NCBI GenBank assembly: GCA_938084645.1
Contig: CALKEP010000005.1
Location: 16,771-80,770 of the forward strand
Length of the DNA: 64,000 bases
Source: an uncultured Phycisphaerales bacterium
GTDB taxonomy: Bacteria; Planctomycetota; Phycisphaerae; Phycisphaerales; SM1A02
Reading direction: 5' to 3'
Shown here: positions 58,842 to 64,000 of the stretch, piece after piece
Layout of the letters: every line of letters begins with the position of its first letter
Numbering within the stretch: the first letter of the stretch is position 1
Position numbers and translations under genes: made by a program
The notes under the pieces: model-generated
Database searches by the model: none
What the model was told of the DNA's origin: nothing
The model's input: only the letters and a program-made list of their open reading frames with translations

Positions 58842-59978
58842 ATGCTCGGACCGACGCTCCTCTCCATCCCGTTCGGTTTCCTGATCGCCGCACCGCTGAC
58901 CGCACTGCTGGTCCGGATCGGCCGTCGGGCCGGCACGCTCGATTCGCAGGGGACGGCGGGGCACGCCAAGGAACTCCGAGCGGTCCCGAACATCGGTGGG
59001 ATCGCGATCGCGGCCGCGACGCTGGGCCCGCTCGCGATCGGCCTGATCGTGCTCGCGTTGGCGCCGGGCATGCTCGGTTCGTTCGGGGTCTCCGCGGATT
59101 CGTTCGCGGATCGGCTCGACAGCGAACGATCGGCCTGGTGGACCATCGTGATCGGCGGCATCGTCATGCACGCGGTCGGTCTCTACGACGATCGTCGGGC
59201 GCTTCCGCCGCTTCCGAAGCTCTTCGTCCAGCTCGGCGTCGCCGCGGCGGTCGTGGTGGTGGGCGGACTTCGGCTCTTCACGGTGCTCGACGCCTTCGGC
59301 GGGGCGGGGATCGCCCTGTCCGCCACGCTCACCGTGGCCTGGATCGTCGTGATCTGCAACGCGATCAACTTCCTCGACAACATGGACGGCCTGGCCGGGG
59401 GCGTCGCCGCGATCGCGGCCGCGATCTTCATGGCGGCCACCATCATCAACGGGCAGTGGTTCACCGCCGCCGCCTTCGGACTGCTCTGCGGCGGGCTCAT
59501 GGGGTTCCTCGTCTACAACGTCCCGCCGGCGCGGATCTTCCTCGGCGACGGTGGCTCGCTGGTCATCGGCTGGCTGCTCGCCACGCTGACCGTGCGCACG
59601 ACCTTCGTCGATACCGCGGATCCGGATTTCGCACTCGGCAGTGCGTGGTACGGCGTGCTCATGCCGGTCATCGTGCTCGCGATTCCCATCTACGACCTGG
59701 TCTCGGTGAGCCTGATCCGGATCCGGCAGGGCCGGAGTCCGCTCGTCGGCGATCAACAGCATCTCTCGCATCGCCTCGTCGGACTCGGACTCTCACGGCG
59801 CTCCGCGGTGCTGGTCATCTGGGCCCTCTCCGCCGCGACCGGGATCGGGGGCATCGTCCTCGGTTCCGTCCAGCCCTGGCAGGCGGTGATGATCGGCGCG
59901 CAGACCGCCTCGATCCTCCTCGTCCTCGGACTTCTCGAATCCGGGGCCCGGCGTCGGCGTGACGGAGTCGGCGGTTGA
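58842..59978 (+). CDS. WecA/TagO-like undecaprenyl-phosphate sugar-1-phosphate transferase (MraY superfamily)
   Basis: PNIGG, GLYDD, NAINFLDNMDGL, IFLGDGG and GDQQHLSHRL. Confidence 0.92.
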   Translation: MLGPTLLSIPFGFLIAAPLTALLVRIGRRAGTLDSQGTAGHAKELRAVPNIGGIAIAAATLGPLAIGLIVLALAPGMLGSFGVSADSFADRLDSERSAWWTIVIGGIVMHAVGLYDDRRALPPLPKLFVQLGVAAAVVVVGGLRLFTVLDAFGGAGIALSATLTVAWIVVICNAINFLDNMDGLAGGVAAIAAAIFMAATIINGQWFTAAAFGLLCGGLMGFLVYNVPPARIFLGDGGSLVIGWLLATLTVRTTFVDTADPDFALGSAWYGVLMPVIVLAIPIYDLVSVSLIRIRQGRSPLVGDQQHLSHRLVGLGLSRRSAVLVIWALSAATGIGGIVLGSVQPWQAVMIGAQTASILLVLGLLESGARRRRDGVGG

Positions 59979-62203
59979 CGGTCGCCGCGGACGGGGCGGG
60001 GACGCGGGGCCACGGTGATGGGACCGCGACCGGCGCGGTCGTCGCGATGCTCATCGCGGGCCTCGGTTCGCTCCGACTCCTGCTTCCGTTCGCGCCGGAT
60101 CGGCTCTTCGACGTGGATCCGGCGAGCGTCGCCGGACCGTTTCCCGCGGTGGGTTCCGCCGGATCGCTGCTGCTCGACGCGATGCTCGTCCTGCTCGCGG
60201 GAATCGGGCTCGCGATCGCGTCCCGCCGCGGAGGCATCGATCGCCCGATGCTTCTGCTGCTTCTGCTGCCGCTTCCGGTGGTCGTGTGGCACGGATGGTC
60301 CGACCTGCTCGACGCGTGGCGGGGATTCGACTGGTTCGCCGCGGTGGCGGCGGGCGTCGCCCTGGCGCACCTCGTCCGAACGCCTTCGATCCGCCGTGCG
60401 GTGCTCGCGATCGTGCTCGCCGCGGTCGCCGCGAACGTCGTCCGCGGGCTGCACCAGGTCTTCGTCGAACATCCCGACACCGTCGCGTTCTTCGACGCCA
60501 ATCGGGACGCGATCTTCGCCGCCCGTGGATGGTCGGCCGACTCGCCGGCGGCGTTGATCTACGAACGTCGGCTGCGACAGCCGGAAGCGATCGGCTGGAT
60601 CGGATTCTCCAACGTCCTCAGCGGGTTGCTGGCGGCCGGCGGCGTGCTCGCGATCGGGTTGCTGGTCGCGGCTCGGAAGCTCGGAGACGGGGAACATCGG
60701 GGCGCGGGTGGGCCCGTCATGCTCGGGGTCGCCGGCACCGGCTGCCTCTTGCTGGTCGGACTGAACGGTTCGAAGGGGGCGATCGCCGCCTCCGCCGTCG
60801 GCGTTCTCGGCCTGCTTCTGCTGCTCGGACCACTGCGCCAGGCGTTCCTTCGGCGTTCGGGTTCGTGGTTGATCGCGGTCGGCGTGCTCGCCTTCGCCGC
60901 GATCGTCCTGCGTGGCCTCCTGCCCGAGGACTTCGCCGGGGATCGCTCCCTGCTCTTTCGCTGGCACTACCTGCAGGGCGGGCTCGCGATGTTCCTCGAG
61001 CACCCGTGGCTGGGCGTCGGTCCCGACGGGTTCCAGGACGCCTACCTCGCGACGCGGCCGATCCGCAGTCCGGAAAGCGTGGCGAGTGCGCACTCCGTCG
61101 TCGTCGACTGGATCGCCTGTCTCGGCGTCTCCGGCGTCGCGTGGCTCGGTGCCGCCTGCCTCGTGTTGATTCGGCACGAGCCGTCGCGGTCGGAGTCGGA
61201 TGAATCCGACTCGGGCACGCGGTTCGGTCTGCGTTTCGCGATCGTCGCCGGGCTGATGGCGTTGATCGCGGTGCTCCTGCAGGCGTGGGCCGAAGGTCCG
61301 CTCCTCGGCGACGGCCTCGCGGTCCGGGTCGCGGCGATTCTGGCGGCCGTGATCACCGGCGCCGCGGCGTGGTCGGTGTCATCCCGGCTCGCCGACGGAT
61401 TCGTCCGAGGCGTCGCGGTGGCCGCGGTCGGTGTCGTGGTGGCCCAGTCCCAGATCGAGATGCTTCTCTGGCAGCCCGGCGCCCTGGTCGCGTGCTGGGC
61501 GTTGCTGGCGAGTGCGGGCGGGGCCGGCAGTCGGTCCGCCGGTGCGGACGTTCCGCCGCGAGGTGCGCGATCCTTCATGATGCCGGCGCTCTTCGCGGCG
61601 ATCGCGGGCGTCATGGTGTTCGGTGCGCTGCGAGACGGTCTCACCACCGCCCAGGCGACGCGTTCGATCTCCGGACTTCATCGAACGCCGGGTGACGGAC
61701 GACCGCTCCCGTCGGCGGCCGATCGGCGGGAGGCGGCGGAGTCGCTGGTCGTGGATCTCGTCGAACGGAGGGCCTGGAACGACCCTCGACGCGTGCGCGG
61801 CGCGATCACGCTGTTCATGACGACCGGTACCGACGCCGATCGACGACGGGCGGCGACCATCGCCGGTGCATGGTCCGACGCACGCCCCGGCGTCGCGTCG
61901 GCGGCGACGTACGCGTCGGTGCTGGAGGCGATCGCGATCGCCTCCGACGACCCGGACGATGGAGGCGAGGCGGTGTCCGCGATCGAGCGGGTGATCGAAT
62001 TCGATCCCCACGATGCGAGCTGGCGGCTCCGGCTCGCGGAACGCCTTGCGGCGCTCGGGCGTTGTGACGAGGCGATCGTCGCGGTCGAGGACGCGATCAG
62101 GCTCGACGCGACCCGGGATCTCGACCCGCTCTCGCAGTTCGGGCCGCAGCAGGCTCGACGAGTCGACGCGGTGCGCGCTTCCTGCGGGTCGGGCGCCGAC
62201 TGA
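59975..62203 (+). CDS. O-antigen ligase (Wzy_C) family membrane protein with a C-terminal TPR
   Basis: Many TM segments; SKGA, SLLFRWHY..HPWLGVGPDGF..SAHS; C-terminal AIERVIEFDPHDASWRLRLAE TPR. Confidence 0.82.
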   Translation: MTVAADGAGTRGHGDGTATGAVVAMLIAGLGSLRLLLPFAPDRLFDVDPASVAGPFPAVGSAGSLLLDAMLVLLAGIGLAIASRRGGIDRPMLLLLLLPLPVVVWHGWSDLLDAWRGFDWFAAVAAGVALAHLVRTPSIRRAVLAIVLAAVAANVVRGLHQVFVEHPDTVAFFDANRDAIFAARGWSADSPAALIYERRLRQPEAIGWIGFSNVLSGLLAAGGVLAIGLLVAARKLGDGEHRGAGGPVMLGVAGTGCLLLVGLNGSKGAIAASAVGVLGLLLLLGPLRQAFLRRSGSWLIAVGVLAFAAIVLRGLLPEDFAGDRSLLFRWHYLQGGLAMFLEHPWLGVGPDGFQDAYLATRPIRSPESVASAHSVVVDWIACLGVSGVAWLGAACLVLIRHEPSRSESDESDSGTRFGLRFAIVAGLMALIAVLLQAWAEGPLLGDGLAVRVAAILAAVITGAAAWSVSSRLADGFVRGVAVAAVGVVVAQSQIEMLLWQPGALVACWALLASAGGAGSRSAGADVPPRGARSFMMPALFAAIAGVMVFGALRDGLTTAQATRSISGLHRTPGDGRPLPSAADRREAAESLVVDLVERRAWNDPRRVRGAITLFMTTGTDADRRRAATIAGAWSDARPGVASAATYASVLEAIAIASDDPDDGGEAVSAIERVIEFDPHDASWRLRLAERLAALGRCDEAIVAVEDAIRLDATRDLDPLSQFGPQQARRVDAVRASCGSGAD

Positions 62204-62243
62204 TCGGCGAAGCCGTCGATGATCCGGCCCGGTCGCCGCCGGC

Positions 62244-62561
62244 TCACTCCGGAAGCAGGATCTCGCCGATGGTCCGGGAGAACGTCACCCCGCGGCTCGG
62301 CGGGAACCGCTCGGCCCCCTCGTCGCGAAGGCCGGGGGCATGGTTGGCGAGGTAGTGGTCGAAGGCGGCCCGATCGGGGAAGCGATACCGCACGGTGACG
62401 GTCGTCTCCTCCTCCTCGGGCTCCGTCCAACGGACGACTTCGGCACGATCGGCGCCGCCGTCGAGCACGGCTCGCATGTGTCCGAATCGCAGCCAGTGGA
62501 CGAACTCCTCGGCGACGTCGTGTTCCTCGAAACGCGCGGTGACGGTGTAGGCGATCGGCAT
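62244..62561 (-). CDS. Small hypothetical protein (DUF4286-like)
   Basis: YTVT..EFVHWL..HM..V..Y..YLANHAPGLRDEG..RF pattern. Confidence 0.7.
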   Translation of the reverse strand: MPIAYTVTARFEEHDVAEEFVHWLRFGHMRAVLDGGADRAEVVRWTEPEEEETTVTVRYRFPDRAAFDHYLANHAPGLRDEGAERFPPSRGVTFSRTIGEILLPE

Positions 62562-62641
62562 GGCGGCATTTCAACCGCCGGCCGGACCTGGAGAGGCGTC
62601 ATCGAACACTCGTCAACAATCGAAGCGGGCGGGATCCGGCT

Positions 62642-64000
62642 TCAGGGGCCGTCGGGGCCGGCTTCGGCGATCGCCTCGAGGACCTGGCTCGGAGTGTAGG
62701 CGTCGCTCTTCCAGACTTCGTTCCCGTTCCGGTCGTAGACCACGAGGAGCGGAATCGTGCGACGAGCGGCCTCGATGAGCTTCGCCCGACCGTCCGGGTT
62801 GTCGCCGGTGAGGTCGATCTTCATCGGCACCACGTCGGGACGGTCGAGGGCCGCGACGACGCGATCGGTCTGCAGGACCGTCGCTTCGAGGGTCTTGCAG
62901 TTCAGGCACCACTCGGCGGTGAAGTCGAGGACGACCACCTTGTCCTCGGCGACCGCGTTCGCGAATCGTTCCGGGGTGTAGTAGACCCAGTCGATGGGCC
63001 CCTTCGCGGTCATGGTCAGACCGACCCAGATCGAAAGCGCGGTGATGAAGCCGCCCACGATGGTGAAGACGATCCTCGGGGGCCATCGATCCGCGATTCG
63101 CCAGGTCTGGACGAGGAGCCAGACGCCGGAAGCGACCGCCGCCGCGGACACGAACCACCAGTAGATCCGACTCGGGGGTTCGCCCGGAACGACGGTGAGT
63201 CCCGAGATCCCGCTCCCGACGAAGTAGATGCCGGCGGCGAGAAGCAGGAGTCCCATCACCTGCTTGACCACCTCGCTGGCCTTGCCGGTCCGCGGCATTT
63301 TCTTCACCAGATCGGGGAAGGCGCTCAGGATGAGGTAGGGGATCGCCATGCCGGTGCCGATCGAACCGAACACCGTGAGCACCGTGCCGGGCGACTGGGT
63401 GGTCGCCCAGGCCGCGGCGGCGCCCATCAACGGCGCCGTGCATGGCGTCGAGAGGATCGCGGTCATGATGCCGAAGACGAACGAGCCGCCGATGGTGTCG
63501 TGGCTGGTCTGCACCGCGTAGAAGCGGCTCGGCAGGTTGATCGTGAAGAACCCGGCCATGCCGATCGCCATGACGACGATGATCGCGCCGACGCTGATCG
63601 TGAAGACCGGATACTGGAACAGTTCGCTGATCGACTGGAAACTCTTGAGTCCCGCGATCATCCCGCCCAGCACCATCCAGAAGAAGACCACGCCCACCGA
63701 CATCGAGAGGCCGAGGGTGAAGCACCGGCGTCGATTCTCGGCCGCGGCGCTGAGGCCCATGATCTTCAGGGGAATGACCGGGAGCACGCAGGGCGTGAGA
63801 TTCAGGAGCAGCCCGCCGACCGCGGCGACGAGGAGCAGCAGGAGAAATCCACCGGTACCCGCGGCGTCGACCGAGAAGGTCAGCCCGAAGACGTCGAACT
63901 CGATGACGTCCGCCGCGACCGCACCACCCCGGATCGCCGCGAAGATCGCGGGATCGAAGGCCGCGAACACCGGGTCGTCCTCGTTGGTCGTGCCACCGCC
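62642..64000 (-). CDS. DsbD-like thiol:disulfide interchange protein (TM domain plus thioredoxin); 5' end outside the window
   Basis: LNLTPCVLPVIP and LSTPCTAP membrane cysteines; DFTAEWCLNC thioredoxin. The frame stays open to the window end. Confidence 0.9.
   Translation of the reverse strand, partial: GGGTTNEDDPVFAAFDPAIFAAIRGGAVAADVIEFDVFGLTFSVDAAGTGGFLLLLLVAAVGGLLLNLTPCVLPVIPLKIMGLSAAAENRRRCFTLGLSMSVGVVFFWMVLGGMIAGLKSFQSISELFQYPVFTISVGAIIVVMAIGMAGFFTINLPSRFYAVQTSHDTIGGSFVFGIMTAILSTPCTAPLMGAAAAWATTQSPGTVLTVFGSIGTGMAIPYLILSAFPDLVKKMPRTGKASEVVKQVMGLLLLAAGIYFVGSGISGLTVVPGEPPSRIYWWFVSAAAVASGVWLLVQTWRIADRWPPRIVFTIVGGFITALSIWVGLTMTAKGPIDWVYYTPERFANAVAEDKVVVLDFTAEWCLNCKTLEATVLQTDRVVAALDRPDVVPMKIDLTGDNPDGRAKLIEAARRTIPLLVVYDRNGNEVWKSDAYTPSQVLEAIAEAGPDGP

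Noticed and set aside
1..64000. CRISPR array, cas genes, prophage or defence island (AddB nuclease considered as Cas4-like)
   Set aside because: No spaced direct repeats or phage genes seen; the nuclease belongs to an AddAB pair.

Overview
High-GC (roughly 70% by eye), gene-dense bacterial chromosome segment. Gene content and protein style suggest Planctomycetota, probably Phycisphaerales (inference). It holds about 48 CDS and one tRNA-Leu(TAG), mostly core genes: sigma-70 factor (partial), class II DAHP synthase, addAB-like pair, nuoG, shc, arginase, nadB, clpC, lolD/lolE-like pair, surE, gyrA, lpxI, a WecA-like gene and a DsbD-like gene (partial). I found no CRISPR array, prophage or intact transposase. 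The most unusual signals are: (1) a LolD-type ABC ATPase with a ~70-aa two-helix hydrophobic hairpin inserted inside its nucleotide-binding domain, whose partner permease also has an extra hairpin; (2) a five-gene ExbB/ExbD/ExbD motor operon whose TonB-like subunit seems to end in a vWA domain; (3) a STAS-ExbD-TonB-like cluster with no local ExbB; (4) a ketosynthase pair in which one partner lacks both catalytic His residues; (5) an M1 aminopeptidase with a GspG-like tail; (6) a 161-bp MITE-like element; (7) repeated -10 boxes lying 6-9 nt before start codons, suggesting leaderless mRNAs. All family assignments come from motif recognition by eye. No database search was run.
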